Shown in pieces: positions 45,336-56,640 of a stretch of 64,000 nt of DNA (positions are counted from its first letter, which is position 1; each line of letters starts with the position of its first letter). This DNA comes from a bacterium. Its GTDB lineage: Bacteria; Cyanobacteriota; Vampirovibrionia; LMEP-6097. The DNA is taken from NCBI GenBank assembly GCA_038146805.1, contig JAYQSH010000005.1:297582-361581 (forward strand). The letters run 5' to 3'. Made by a program: the position numbers and the translations under genes. Under the pieces are notes generated by a model. That model made no database searches. It was given only the letters and a program-made list of their open reading frames with translations, and had not been told where the DNA came from.

Positions 45336-46628
45336 TGCACTAAATTTTTTGACGATCGCACAAGTGTTATGACCACCAAAACCTAAAGCTTGCGCAATAG
45401 AATAATTTGTTTCTTTGTTACGAGCTTGGTTTGGTACATAATCTAAATCACACTCAGGATCAGCTTCTGTGTAATTAATAGTTGGTGACAAAATATTTTC
45501 ATTGACAGCAAGCACAGATGCCGCAAGTGCAACAGGACCAGCCGCACCAATCAAATGACCAGTCATAGACTTAGTAGAAGACATTGCCAACTTATATGCG
45601 TGTTCACCAAACACAGATTTGACAGCCGCTGTTTCACGCGCATCATTTAAAGGTGTTGAAGTTCCATGAGCAGAGACAAAGTCTATTGCTTCACGATCAT
45701 TGAGTAAGCCAGCAGACTCAAGCGCCATTTTAATCGCACGTGCGCCGCCATTACCATCTTCGGCTGGAGCGGTTATATGATAAGCATCACAAGAAGCTCC
45801 CACGCCAACTACCTCAGCATAAATCTTTGCACCACGAGCTTGCGCCACTGAAAGTTCTTCGAGGCTAAACAAAAGCGCGCCCTCTGACATAATAAAACCA
45901 TCACGTCTCTTATCAAATGGGCAACTTGCCTCTTCAGGATTGTCAACTGCTCTTCTTGAAAGTGCCGTCATATTATAGAATGACGACAATGCCAAAGTGT
46001 TCAAACAAGCTTCAGCACCACCGGTAAGCATAATATCTGCTAAGCCGTTTTTGATATACCAATAAGCGTCAAAAAAACTATCCAAACCAGAAGCACAAGC
46101 CGTTGCATCAGATTTAGCTCTGCCTTGTAAACCCCAGTTGATACCAATATGACCAGAAGCGGCATTAGGCATAAGACGAATAATAGACCTCAAGCCAAGG
46201 CGGCGTAAACCGCGCTCTTTAAGGGTGATTGCATCATCACAAGTAGTTTGAATACCACCAATTCCAGTACCCACAAAGGTTGCAACACGTTCGCGCGAGA
46301 TGCCTTGCGCTTCAAGAGCACTAAAATCTAAACCAGCATCTTCTACAAGCATTTTTGCGGCAACCATAGCAAATTGAGATACTTTATCCATATCTTTTTG
46401 CATGCCTTTGACGAGTTTTGCGTCAGAAAAATAATCTTCAATATTAAAATTTTTGATTTCTCCACCCAGTTTCACAGGAGATTCCATTCCGTGAGCATCT
46501 ACAGGGTTATCAAGCCATGTAATACCACTTTTTGCGTTTTTAAGTGAATTGAAAAAAGCCTCTCTTCCAACTCCACATGGGGTCACTGGACCTATACCTG
46601 TAATTACAACTCTACGTTCATTTTGCAT
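45333..46628 (-). CDS. fabF: 3-oxoacyl-ACP synthase II
   Basis: RRVVITGIG, TACASG, HGTST, KSMTGHL, GFGGHN (Cys-His-His triad). Confidence 0.93.
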   Translation of the reverse strand: MQNERRVVITGIGPVTPCGVGREAFFNSLKNAKSGITWLDNPVDAHGMESPVKLGGEIKNFNIEDYFSDAKLVKGMQKDMDKVSQFAMVAAKMLVEDAGLDFSALEAQGISRERVATFVGTGIGGIQTTCDDAITLKERGLRRLGLRSIIRLMPNAASGHIGINWGLQGRAKSDATACASGLDSFFDAYWYIKNGLADIMLTGGAEACLNTLALSSFYNMTALSRRAVDNPEEASCPFDKRRDGFIMSEGALLFSLEELSVAQARGAKIYAEVVGVGASCDAYHITAPAEDGNGGARAIKMALESAGLLNDREAIDFVSAHGTSTPLNDARETAAVKSVFGEHAYKLAMSSTKSMTGHLIGAAGPVALAASVLAVNENILSPTINYTEADPECDLDYVPNQARNKETNYSIAQALGFGGHNTCAIVKKFSA

Positions 46629-46735
46629 AGAAAAGTATCATAACTGATATTTTGCCTTAGTATCCTCAGTATAAAGAATTCTTTATTAATGACATAATTG
46701 TCAGCTTTAAATTGATCACCAGTCTTTTTGGGAGC

Positions 46736-48430
46736 TTATTTTAAAAACCGCAATAAAGGGCGCACAATAAAAACTTGAGCGACAAAAACTAGAACCGAAA
46801 AAAGCATAAGTAAATAATTTGCTTCATTATAAAAATTAATAATGCTCGAAATCACTGCATAAAAAGTTAAAGCCAACATAATTAATGCCGGAAGCAAAAT
46901 ATAAATATAGTTTTGTTTTTTTAAAATCAAATAAACGCTAACAACTAATAAAGCAAGCGCGGCAAGTAATTGATTGGCAGTACCAAAAAGAGGCCACAAC
47001 ACAAAAGCGCCATTGACTTTTGAGATATCCAAACTAGTAATGCCCTCTGAAAAAATTAATAAACTCACAGCAAACAAAGCCAAAAAAGAACCTAGATAAC
47101 GATTCTCAAAAACTTTAGTTTTTAAAAGTTCAGAACTTTCAGCAAGTACATACCTTTGGATACGAAAGAGAGTATCTAAACTTGTTGAAGCAAAAGAAAT
47201 AATAATAACTGCAATAAAAGCGGCTAAAAGTTCGTGAGGCAAATGTAAAACATCTAAAAAATTTACACAACCATTTATAAAAGCATCTAAGCCACTAGCA
47301 GAAGCATGATGCCAACTGTGATAGTGTTCAGTCCAAGCCCCTGCATTTTTAAAACCTGCAGAAGCGGCAACCACAGCAAGTATCGCCAAAAATCCCTCAA
47401 GCAACATTGAGCCATAAGCAATAGGTCTAATATCACTTTCTTTGGCAATTTGTTTTGATGTAGTACCCGCAGAAATCAATCCATGTGCACCACTAATAGC
47501 ACCGCAGGCAATCGTAATAAACAAAAAAGGAAACCATGGTTTTTCAGTATTAAAATTTATCGCAGGTGCCACAATTTCTGGCTGAGTTGCAAAAACACCA
47601 AAAAGTAAAATCCCTAAACCAACAACAATTTGATGTGAATTTATATAATCACGCGGTTGTAACAAAAGCCAGACAGGCAGTACAGATGCGATATAAGCAT
47701 AAAGCAACAAAATCAAAACCCAAATCGCCAAAGCTAAATCACTAGAACAATTTAAAAGGCTTTGTAGGTCAATAGGAAACTTTACGCCAACAGGAATTGA
47801 CGCATAAAGCAAAAGCAGAGAAATCAGCGAAGGTAATAAAGCATGAATTTTTAAACGGTATAAAATGATACCCATAAGCATTGCTAAAACAGAGGCAAAC
47901 ACAGTCGGTATCACAGATGCCGGGTATCTAACAAAAAGCTTAGCTATAACAACAGTAAAGGCAGCGCTAACAATCCACAACAAAAAAACCGTTACAAACA
48001 TTAATCCTAGTCGCGCTTTTTTATCAAAAAAACCATTGAAAATTTTTGCCGCAGAAATTTCAACCAATGATTTAGCATTATTGCGAACAGACAAAAATAA
48101 AACAGACATATCATGCACTGCACCCATAAAAATATTACCCAAAACAATCCAGACAACCGCAGGTAACCAACCCCAATAAACAGCTATACATGGACCAATA
48201 ATTGGAGCAACGCCTGCAATTGAAGCAAAGTGATGCCCAAACAAAATTGTTTTTCGAGTAGCTAAAAAATCGACACCATCATTGATTTGCGTAGCTGGAG
48301 TTTTGCTTTGGTCATTTGCCGCAAAAACTTTTTTGGCAATGAAAGATCCATAAAACTTATAGGCAAGTAAATATAAAACAATAATGACCAAAACGATTTT
48401 ATCTGCTGTTAATTGATCTAATAAAGACAT
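46736..48430 (-). CDS. cstA: Carbon starvation protein A family transporter
   Basis: TPA...DGVDF, FGHHFASIAG, GAVHD, LLQPRDY, TIACGAISG, LWPLFGTANQL. Confidence 0.93.
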   Translation of the reverse strand: MSLLDQLTADKIVLVIIVLYLLAYKFYGSFIAKKVFAANDQSKTPATQINDGVDFLATRKTILFGHHFASIAGVAPIIGPCIAVYWGWLPAVVWIVLGNIFMGAVHDMSVLFLSVRNNAKSLVEISAAKIFNGFFDKKARLGLMFVTVFLLWIVSAAFTVVIAKLFVRYPASVIPTVFASVLAMLMGIILYRLKIHALLPSLISLLLLYASIPVGVKFPIDLQSLLNCSSDLALAIWVLILLLYAYIASVLPVWLLLQPRDYINSHQIVVGLGILLFGVFATQPEIVAPAINFNTEKPWFPFLFITIACGAISGAHGLISAGTTSKQIAKESDIRPIAYGSMLLEGFLAILAVVAASAGFKNAGAWTEHYHSWHHASASGLDAFINGCVNFLDVLHLPHELLAAFIAVIIISFASTSLDTLFRIQRYVLAESSELLKTKVFENRYLGSFLALFAVSLLIFSEGITSLDISKVNGAFVLWPLFGTANQLLAALALLVVSVYLILKKQNYIYILLPALIMLALTFYAVISSIINFYNEANYLLMLFSVLVFVAQVFIVRPLLRFLK

Positions 48431-48445
48431 AGCTTATTATTATAT

Positions 48446-49735
48446 TTGAAGGTGTCTTTAAAAGAAAGTCAAAAAAATACTTTTCTACTTGTTGCGTTTT
48501 TGTTTTTGCTCGCGACTAGTTTTGTTATTGAATTTAATAAACAAAAACAAACAAGTACAAAAAAGACTATTGATTTTTGGCATTACTGGAGCGGCGTTGA
48601 AAAAGAACCGCTGGAAAAATTGATAACTAAATTCAATAAAGAAAATCATGGCTTTAAAGTAAACCTACTTGCGATTTCCATGCCTCGTAAAAAAATATTG
48701 ACAGCAATTATTGGCAATGTGGCTCCAGATTTGGTGCATATCGATAATGATATGGCAAGTAATTTTGCCCTGCGCCATGCTTTAGCAGAAATAAGCATGG
48801 AAGATTTTGCAAAAGAAAAATTTACACCGATTTTTTTAGAAGCTCTTAACTTTAAGCAAAAACAATTTGCCATGCCTTATTTATGTGGTAGTGAAGCTAT
48901 GCACTACAACAAAACTATCTTTGAAGAACTAAACCTTAAAGCACCAGAAAGTCTCCAAGATATTGAGCAGGCTTTTAGTATTAGCTTAAGCCAAAAAGAT
49001 TTTCCAATCTTTTTACCTAGTTGGCCAAGCTGGTTTGCAGAAGTTTTACCTTTGTATTTTGGTGGTGACTGGGTTGATAATAACGGACAAGTTTCAGCAA
49101 ACAGTCAAGCAAATATCGAAGCTTGGCAATGGATAGAAAAAAACTTTATCGAAAAAATTCCTGAAGAAAAAATCCTAAGTTTCACAGAGGGTTTTGGCGC
49201 TTATCAAAGTCCGGATAATCCTTTTTATTCACAAAAAATTGCACTTGAATTAAATGGAATCTGGGAACAGAATCTAGCCAAAATTTATGCACCCAATTTA
49301 AACATTGCAGTCAAAGCGTTTCCGGGCAAAATCAAAAATGCAACGCTTGTTAGAATTGATGCCCTCGCAATTCCCAAAAATGCAAAAAACAAAAAAGAAG
49401 CACAAATACTTTTAAACTGGCTTTTGCAAAAAGAAAATTTGGAATTTATTGCACTCGAACAAAAAAAATTCACTGCTTATAAAACTCATTCAAATAATTT
49501 TTTTGCAAAACACGAAAACCCATACATAAAAACTTTTATTGAACTTGCGCAAAGCAAAAACGCAAAATTTTTCCCAAAACTTAGTTTTGCTAATCGCTAC
49601 AAAAAAGAAATTCGCAATGCCTACGATCAAATGATTAGAAAACAAAAAACTGCTAAACAAGCACTTGATGAACTACAAGAAAAAGTCTTAGCTACTGTTA
49701 ACAAAAGAAAAAGCGAATTTAAAGTTAAATTTTAG
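48446..49735 (+). CDS. ABC transporter extracellular solute-binding protein (sugar type)
   Basis: N-terminal anchor, IDFWHYW, APDL, NGIW, LAIPKNAKN; no permeases adjacent. Confidence 0.82.
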   Translation: MKVSLKESQKNTFLLVAFLFLLATSFVIEFNKQKQTSTKKTIDFWHYWSGVEKEPLEKLITKFNKENHGFKVNLLAISMPRKKILTAIIGNVAPDLVHIDNDMASNFALRHALAEISMEDFAKEKFTPIFLEALNFKQKQFAMPYLCGSEAMHYNKTIFEELNLKAPESLQDIEQAFSISLSQKDFPIFLPSWPSWFAEVLPLYFGGDWVDNNGQVSANSQANIEAWQWIEKNFIEKIPEEKILSFTEGFGAYQSPDNPFYSQKIALELNGIWEQNLAKIYAPNLNIAVKAFPGKIKNATLVRIDALAIPKNAKNKKEAQILLNWLLQKENLEFIALEQKKFTAYKTHSNNFFAKHENPYIKTFIELAQSKNAKFFPKLSFANRYKKEIRNAYDQMIRKQKTAKQALDELQEKVLATVNKRKSEFKVKF

Positions 49736-49823
49736 AGAAAATCAATATAAACAAAGGGGTTTTTTAAGATTTTTCACTAACTCTAGTCATAAAAAAGTTA
49801 ATATATATATAGTACAAGGTTCA

Positions 49824-51671
49824 ATGAAGATGGCTACATTAAATAAAGAAAAATTAGATTCAGTAACAATTAGATTTTGCGGCGATAGTGGAGATGGAAT
49901 GCAACTTACCGGAAACCAATTCACTTCGACAAGTGCAATGTTTGGTAACGATATTAGCACTTACCCAAATTTCCCGGCAGAGATTAGAGCGCCACAAGGT
50001 ACTTTAGCTGGAGTTTCAGGTTTTCAAATTAGAATCTCAGCAAACGAAATTCACACGCCAGGCGACGAGCTCGATGTACTTGTTGCTATGAACCCAGCCG
50101 CTCTCAAAACAAATATTGCTGACCTTAAACAAAATGGGCTTTTGTTTGTAAACAAAGATGGCTTTAATTCTGTAAACCTTGTAAAAGCAGGTTTTGATAA
50201 AGATGCTGATATTTTGAGTCCCTACAAATCAAAATATCGAGTAATTGAAGTGCCGATTGCAACAATGACGATTGAGACTTTAAAAGATTTTGATTTATCT
50301 TCAAGAGAAAAAGAACGTTGTAAAAATATGTTTGCTTTAGGTTTAATGTATTTTATTTACAACCGTTCATCAGAAGTAACAGAGAACTGGTTAAAAACAA
50401 AATTCAAAAAGAAACCAGAAATTGCTGAAGCAAATATTGCTGTACTTAAAGCTGGATATAATTTTGGTGATACTATCGAAGCTTTTCAATCAACTTTTGA
50501 AGTACCAAAAGCACAAATCAAACCGGGTACTTACAGAAATATTACCGGTAACGAAGCAACGGCAATTGGTTTTATTGCAGCTTCTAAATTAATGCAAAAA
50601 GATTTATTTATTGGTTCATACCCAATCACACCAGCAACAGAAATCTTGCAAGAATTAGCAAAATACAAACACTTTGCTGTAAAAACTTTTCAAGCAGAAG
50701 ATGAAATTGCCGGAATAGGCTCTGCTCTAGGAGCGGCTTTTGCGGGTTTACTTGCAATTACCACAACCTCTGGACCGGGGATTGCATTGAAATCTGAGTT
50801 TATGAATTTGGCAGTGATGACCGAGCTTCCGATTGTTATTGCTGATATTCAACGTGGTGGACCTTCGACTGGTTTACCTACCAAAACTGAGCAAACTGAT
50901 TTGCTTCAAGTAATGTTTGGTAGAAACGGTGAAAGCCCGATACCTGTAGTTGCGGCATCAAGTCCGAGTGATTGCTTTGAGACAGCTATTGAAGCTTGTC
51001 GTATCGCAGTTGAACACATGACCCCAGTTGTATTTTTGAGTGATACTCAAATTGCAATTGGTTCTGAACCATGGCTTTTACCAGATGTAGAATCGTTAAC
51101 AAAAATTACAGTGAAACATCATACAGATGCAAATACTTTTAAACCTTACGCACGTAACGAATTATTGGCACGCCCTTGGGCAGTACCGGGAACTAAAGGC
51201 TGTGAGCATACTTTAGGTGGACTAGAAAAAGAAAATGGTTCGGGTAAAGTGAACTTGTCGCCAGAAGTGCATGAAGAAATGACACGCATTAGAGCTAAAA
51301 AAGTTGAAAACATTGCAAAGAAATTACCAGCTACACAAGTTTTTGGAGAGCAGTCTGGTGATCTTTTGATTTTAGGTTGGGGTAGTACTTATGGTTCTAT
51401 CAAAACTTGTACTGAAAAGCTTTTGGCTTCTGGCTACAAAGTTGGGCAAGTGCATTTAAGACACTTAAATCCAATGCCAAATGATCTAGGTTCAATCGCG
51501 GCGCGCTTCAAGCATGTCATGATTCCAGAACTAAATAATGGGCAATTTAATATGTTGTTTAGATCTAAGTTTTTGATTGATACAAAAGCTGTCAACCAAA
51601 TGAATACTAAGCCTTTTAACGTGAGCGATTTAGTTAGAATTGCCGAAGAAATTATTGGAGGAAAGAGATAA
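49824..51671 (+). CDS. korA: 2-oxoacid:ferredoxin oxidoreductase alpha subunit (second set)
   Basis: GDSGDGMQLTG, AEIRAP, YPITP, QRGGPSTGLPTK, GWGSTYG. Confidence 0.94.
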   Translation: MKMATLNKEKLDSVTIRFCGDSGDGMQLTGNQFTSTSAMFGNDISTYPNFPAEIRAPQGTLAGVSGFQIRISANEIHTPGDELDVLVAMNPAALKTNIADLKQNGLLFVNKDGFNSVNLVKAGFDKDADILSPYKSKYRVIEVPIATMTIETLKDFDLSSREKERCKNMFALGLMYFIYNRSSEVTENWLKTKFKKKPEIAEANIAVLKAGYNFGDTIEAFQSTFEVPKAQIKPGTYRNITGNEATAIGFIAASKLMQKDLFIGSYPITPATEILQELAKYKHFAVKTFQAEDEIAGIGSALGAAFAGLLAITTTSGPGIALKSEFMNLAVMTELPIVIADIQRGGPSTGLPTKTEQTDLLQVMFGRNGESPIPVVAASSPSDCFETAIEACRIAVEHMTPVVFLSDTQIAIGSEPWLLPDVESLTKITVKHHTDANTFKPYARNELLARPWAVPGTKGCEHTLGGLEKENGSGKVNLSPEVHEEMTRIRAKKVENIAKKLPATQVFGEQSGDLLILGWGSTYGSIKTCTEKLLASGYKVGQVHLRHLNPMPNDLGSIAARFKHVMIPELNNGQFNMLFRSKFLIDTKAVNQMNTKPFNVSDLVRIAEEIIGGKR

Positions 51672-52708
51672 TGACTACCCAAGAATTAACAAAAAAAGAT
51701 TTTATTGCAGAAGGAGACGTTAAATGGTGTCCGGGTTGTGGAGACTATTCAATTTTGTCTTCAGTGCAAACGGTGCTTCCAAGCTTAGGCATCAAAAAAG
51801 AAGACTATGTTTTTATTTCTGGAATTGGTTGTTCATCAAGGTTTCCTTACTATATGGCAACTTATGGTTTTCATACTATTCATGGTAGAGCTCCAACAGT
51901 TGCTTCTGGTGTGAAAATTGCTAATCCTGATTTGTCTGTATGGATGGTTACAGGTGATGGAGATGGTTTGTCGATTGGTGGTAACCATACTATGCACATG
52001 ATGCGCCGTAATATGGATTTAAAAGTAATGTTATTTAATAACAGAATTTATGGTTTAACCAAAGGTCAATATTCACCAACTTCTGAAAAAGGAAAAGTCA
52101 CAAAAACTTCTTTGATGGGTTCGATTGACTCTCCAGTAAACCCAGTAAGTTTTGCTATTGCATGTGGAGCGACTTTTGTGGCTAGAACAAGTGCGGCAAA
52201 TCCTAAACATATGCAAGAAACTCTAAAAGCTGCAGCTGCACACAAAGGAACTGCTTTTATTGAGATTTTTCAAAATTGTAATATTTTTAATGATGGTGCA
52301 TTTGCAAAATACCTTAACAAAGATTCTAAAGATGCAGAAAATTTGTTTTTGGAAGCTGGTAAACCATTGTTGTTTGATAATGATACAAAAGGTATAGTAC
52401 TTGATACTAGCGGCGCTGAGCCTGAGTTAAAAGTGGTTGAAAACACTGGCGATACCTCAAAATTTATTAGACACAATCCAAATGTAGATTCAACTACAAT
52501 GCCATATTTAATTGGACAATTAGGAATTGAAGATGCCAATTTCCCAACTGCAATGGGAGTAATCAGACAAGTTGCAAGACCAACTTATGATGAGATTTTA
52601 TACGAACAAGAAAACGAAGCTATCAAACAAAAAGGTGAAGGGCAACTTAAAGACTTGATCTATTCTGGTGACATTTGGACTGTTGATTCGGCAAAAACAG
52701 CTAAATAA
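51671..52708 (+). CDS. korB: 2-oxoacid:ferredoxin oxidoreductase beta subunit (second set)
   Basis: WCPGCGD, SGIGCSSR, GDGD, YGLTKGQYSPT. Confidence 0.94.
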   Translation: MTTQELTKKDFIAEGDVKWCPGCGDYSILSSVQTVLPSLGIKKEDYVFISGIGCSSRFPYYMATYGFHTIHGRAPTVASGVKIANPDLSVWMVTGDGDGLSIGGNHTMHMMRRNMDLKVMLFNNRIYGLTKGQYSPTSEKGKVTKTSLMGSIDSPVNPVSFAIACGATFVARTSAANPKHMQETLKAAAAHKGTAFIEIFQNCNIFNDGAFAKYLNKDSKDAENLFLEAGKPLLFDNDTKGIVLDTSGAEPELKVVENTGDTSKFIRHNPNVDSTTMPYLIGQLGIEDANFPTAMGVIRQVARPTYDEILYEQENEAIKQKGEGQLKDLIYSGDIWTVDSAKTAK

Positions 52709-53250
52709 GGGGAGGCAGTTTCCACTGACCAGCTAATTTAAATAAAGTTAATACACAAAAAGAAGTGCTCATCGGTTGTAAATAGTGAAAAACCACAACG
52801 AAAATGAGCACTTACCAATGTCTTACCCGTGATGACCGCCTTAAAATCGCATCAATGAGGCTATTTAGCCCACACCAATACCGAATAGCTGAGCAAATAG
52901 GCTGCAGTCAATCGGCAATTAGCCAAGACATAGCAAGAAATTCCGTAGATGGGATCTATGATTTCAAAAAAGCACAAGAATTGTCTAATACTCGAAAAAT
53001 AGAAAGATCAAAACCTATTTTGATGACGAAGAAATCCAAGGCTTCATAAACCAAGAGCTGAAGAACCGTAGAAGCCCAGAACAAATATCAAGGCTTGCAA
53101 AACGGGTAGGTAAGCAGGTTAGTAAGAGCTCTATTTACAACTACATTAATCAAAATCCAGAATTAAAAAAGTATCGAAAGAACAAAAAATATCGAAAACG
53201 CAGCCAATATCAAGCTTCTAGGCATGGTATTCCAGATAGATTAAGCATTA

Positions 53251-53673
53251 AGGGCGTGCTTCCAAACCCGTAATAAGTATCTCGAGTCTTTAGATTTGGG
53301 CATAAGTAGGGTTTGGTTAGACACACCTAACAAAAGAATCAAACACCGCCGCTTAGTGAGTTTCACGCAGTGAAACAAGCTAAGCGTAAGGTCGTTTGTG
53401 GGACTGATTTCTGACCCCATTTGCTAGTGATTTTAATAAACTGATGCTCTAAACTCCACCTGAATCTTATAAAAGCCTTTAAAACAATGGTATTTTAAGA
53501 CTTTTTTGATTGATGTAGCGCCACGCTGTAAATACAAAATAAAATTATCAAAAGTCTTTTATTTATATAGGTTTTTTGAAGATTTATATTTCTAGGTGGA
53601 GTTTAGAGCATCAGTTAGTGATTTTAACATTTCACTGTATTTTAAAATTCAAATGGGGTTTGGAATCAGTCCT
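53251..53673 (+). mobile_element. MITE family A, long form, interrupted by a B element
   Basis: Matches 39621-39854 on both sides of the insert. Confidence 0.88.
53437..53618. mobile_element. MITE family B (182 bp) with 9-bp target duplication TGATTTTAA
   Basis: TIR AACTGATGCTCTAAACTCCACCT / AGGTGGAGTTTAGAGCATCAGTT; duplication at 53428-53436 and 53619-53627. Confidence 0.88.
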
Positions 53674-53779
53674 TGCAGAGAACTTACGCACAGCTCCAAT
53701 GAGATGTTTAGATTGGCAAACCCCAGAAGAAGCTCTTGAAAGAGAGCTAGCTTTTGACACGAGTTGATTAAAATTCAAA

Positions 53780-56326
53780 TCAAAAAGAATCCGAGTTAGT
53801 CATTTGTCTCCCTGATTGCAGACGCCCAGAATTTCTTAATTTGTCTTTTACCTCTTGTAAATTTCTTCGGATATCTGTTTCATTTTGAGAATGAAAAATT
53901 AGAATATGGAGTAAATAAGACATAAAACCACTATTATCGAGTTCATCATTAGCCGGATCAAATTTACCATTATTTGGAGGAGTATCATCTACAAAGTATA
54001 TTGTTCTTATTTTACCATCTATAGTAATATCGAGTGGGAAAATATAATTAGATGGTTTAATTTCCCAACCAAAAACAGACTTAAATTGAATCCGCACCTC
54101 ATCTCTAGCATTAAAAAAGCCTTATATAAACCTTGATAATCTACAAAGTGTTGCTGTAATTCAGGTGGTAAACCTTTAAATATTAGTTCCCAATGTTCTT
54201 CTATATCTCTATTTTTTTGATTTTTCATCTCTAATAGGACCTGTATATGTATTTTCATTTAATGTGTGATTTACAGGAAAAAACACGACTAAATCTTCTT
54301 TATCAAAATTCTCAGGGCTAAAATATTTAGCATAGTCTGGTTGTTCTGTAAATTTAACGAAATCTAAAAAATACTTTATAGTATTTAAGGGCTGTTCTTT
54401 ACTTGGGTCGAGCGCGGTGGAATTTGATGATTCATTTTCCGAATATATTGTTTCTAATGATTCTATTGGTGTTGCTATACTTTTGTTTACAATATCATTC
54501 ACGTTATTGCTAATCTGTATTTGATTTACTTGCTCAGTATTTATATCTTGTTGAACAATCAATTTGTCATTATAGTTATACGCTAAGGTCCCTAAAAATA
54601 GCGCAATAGCCCCCATAGCCCCCAAAAGTCTTTTGCCAATTTTATTTTGTCTTATAAGTTTTCGCAATTCTTCTTCAGTGGCAGTTGGATCCATTAGAGT
54701 TTCAAGGATTGATTTAGCTTGTTCTTGTTGTTTAGGACTAAGATTTGCTTGCCTTAATTGATGATCAAATATAGCAAATATCATAGCTTCTTTTGTAACA
54801 TCTTGAGCAGTTCTCAAATAATGAACAGCGTCTTCAAACAAGCTAGATAAATTAACGTCTCTAATGTAGTAAGCTAAATCACTTTGAAATGGTTTTTTGT
54901 GTGCTTCAGCATATAAATCTAATATATCTATTCGTTCACTCTGAAAAAGCCCTGTGATTATACTGTTTGTAAGCCTTGAATATTTAACAACGTTTTCAAT
55001 AATCTGTTGTTTCTCTGCTTCTACTTCTCTTTGATGCAATTTAACACTCTTATATATCTCTGCCATTTGCTCTCTATTAATAGGTGTAAATATGATATTA
55101 TTTGTACTTGTTTTGTGGTCACCCGCAAAGCTCAAAAAACTTGAATAACTTTTAAAACGCTTATTTAACCTAAAGATAACACCCCAATCTTCGCTAGTTA
55201 ATACTTCATCAGAGTCTTTATTACGATTTTGCATATAAGCTTCTAAATCAAGTTTAGTATTGCTATTGTTCCTGTCAGTAAAATAAGCTCTCAAAAAAGC
55301 AATAAGGTTGGGATCTGGATTGACAGTACTTGTAGGAGTAATTATCGTTTTATTTGGATCAAATGATTGATCGTCTGATAGTTCAGTTCTAGTTGGAGCT
55401 TGAGCGGCTGGAGCTGTATCACCACCAGCTTTACCTGAACGAACTGAAATAGAAGAAGGTGGTTCGTCATCATCAGATAAAACACTGTTTTCTGTTTCTG
55501 TATCACCTTTGTTTTTATACCGCTCTAACTCACCTAAAATTTTGTTTTGGTTATCTTGATTATCAGGATTCATTGAAGATATAAACATACCTTCAAAATC
55601 AATTAATCTGGAAGAAAATGACTGGACAACTAAAGCTATAAATTCTTCATCTCCAGATTTGTCAATTATCGTATCTAGGACATCCGATGGAAAACCTTGT
55701 TTTAATAAATCACCTTTTAATGACTCTCGCATTTCTTGTAGTTCTTGATCAGAAGCGCGCAAACTGCTGAAACTTTTATGTTTGAGGTAAAGTTCTAAAG
55801 TCGTTTTAGAAATCATAACTTGTGTTTTAGTTGAATCAGAATTAGTAATTAAAAATTGAGCAAATAAACTTTGTAAATTACGAGAAGGACTAATACTGTC
55901 AATATTTATACCAGTTCTTTCTTGGTAATCTTTAATTAAAGCATTTCTTTTTTCTTCTACTGCTTTGTCTGGGTCATAATTTGTGTCATCGGCTTGACTG
56001 TCAACCGGCAAATATTTTTCTTGAAAAAGACGCTGGGCTCGTAATGTCATTATGTCAGGGTCCAAGTCTATGTTAGCTAACTTATTTTTTAATATAAAAA
56101 ATTGTATTTTTTGTTCTAAGGTTAATTTAGCAAATTTTCTTCCACCACCTTGACTTAAGAAATCATTAATTTGACCACCATCTGTAAGATCAATGCTTTC
56201 TGCAAGTTGTTGAGGACTACCAGTAGAAAAATTCTCAGGAGTTTCCGAACTAGTATTACTAGAACCAACTCCTCTGTCGAAAACAGGTATTACTACAGTT
56301 TTTGGCTGATCAACACCAACACTCAT
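53780..56326 (-). CDS. Large hypothetical protein (705 aa ORF plus probable frameshifted C-terminal fragments)
   Basis: ORF 54209-56326 with a low-complexity N-terminus and one TM segment; overlapping ORFs 54019-54258 and 53780-54097 continue in other frames. Confidence 0.65.
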
Positions 56327-56421
56327 TAATACTATTATATAATATATCTAAATAAAATTATTACTTAAATTTTTTAAACTTTCAACTAATTCAAGTTTGA
56401 AATTAAATTTTTGATAGCAGA

Positions 56422-56640
56422 TTAAGGATCTACTAGAGCGTGAGGCTTCGTCGATTTTTCAACCCTAATGGGACTGATTCCAAACCCTACTTATGCCCAA
56501 ATCTAAAGACTCGAGATACTTATTACGGGTTTGGAAGCACGCCCCTAATGCAAGAGTGAAACTTGGCTCAGAGGGTGAAACCTTAATATTTTTGTTAAGC
56601 GAATTGCGCCTCAAAACTTCGTTTTTTAGCGAATCTTTAA
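56422..56640. repeat. Family D elements (TTAAGG...CCTTAA-bounded), one interrupted by MITE A
   Basis: TTAAGGATCTAC (56422) ... GTGAAACCTTAA (56586), with the right part similar to 45214-45250; second hairpin 56595-56640 similar to 10451-10493. Confidence 0.55.
56469..56545 (-). mobile_element. MITE family A, short form (module 1 only, 77 bp), TAA target duplication
   Basis: Reverse complement reads GGGCGTGCTTCCAAACCCGTAATAAG...GGGTTTGGAATCAGTCCC; TAA on both flanks. Confidence 0.87.

Larger units (their letters stand above)
52804..53767 (+). mobile_element. Degenerate IS30-family transposase; catalytic region replaced by nested MITEs
   Basis: N-terminal HTH (IAEQIGCSQSAISQDIARN); next frame RSPEQIS...SIYNYI; C-terminal PMRCLDWQTPEE resembles the IS30 RPRKCLGWKTP motif; DDE segment absent. 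Confidence 0.8.
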
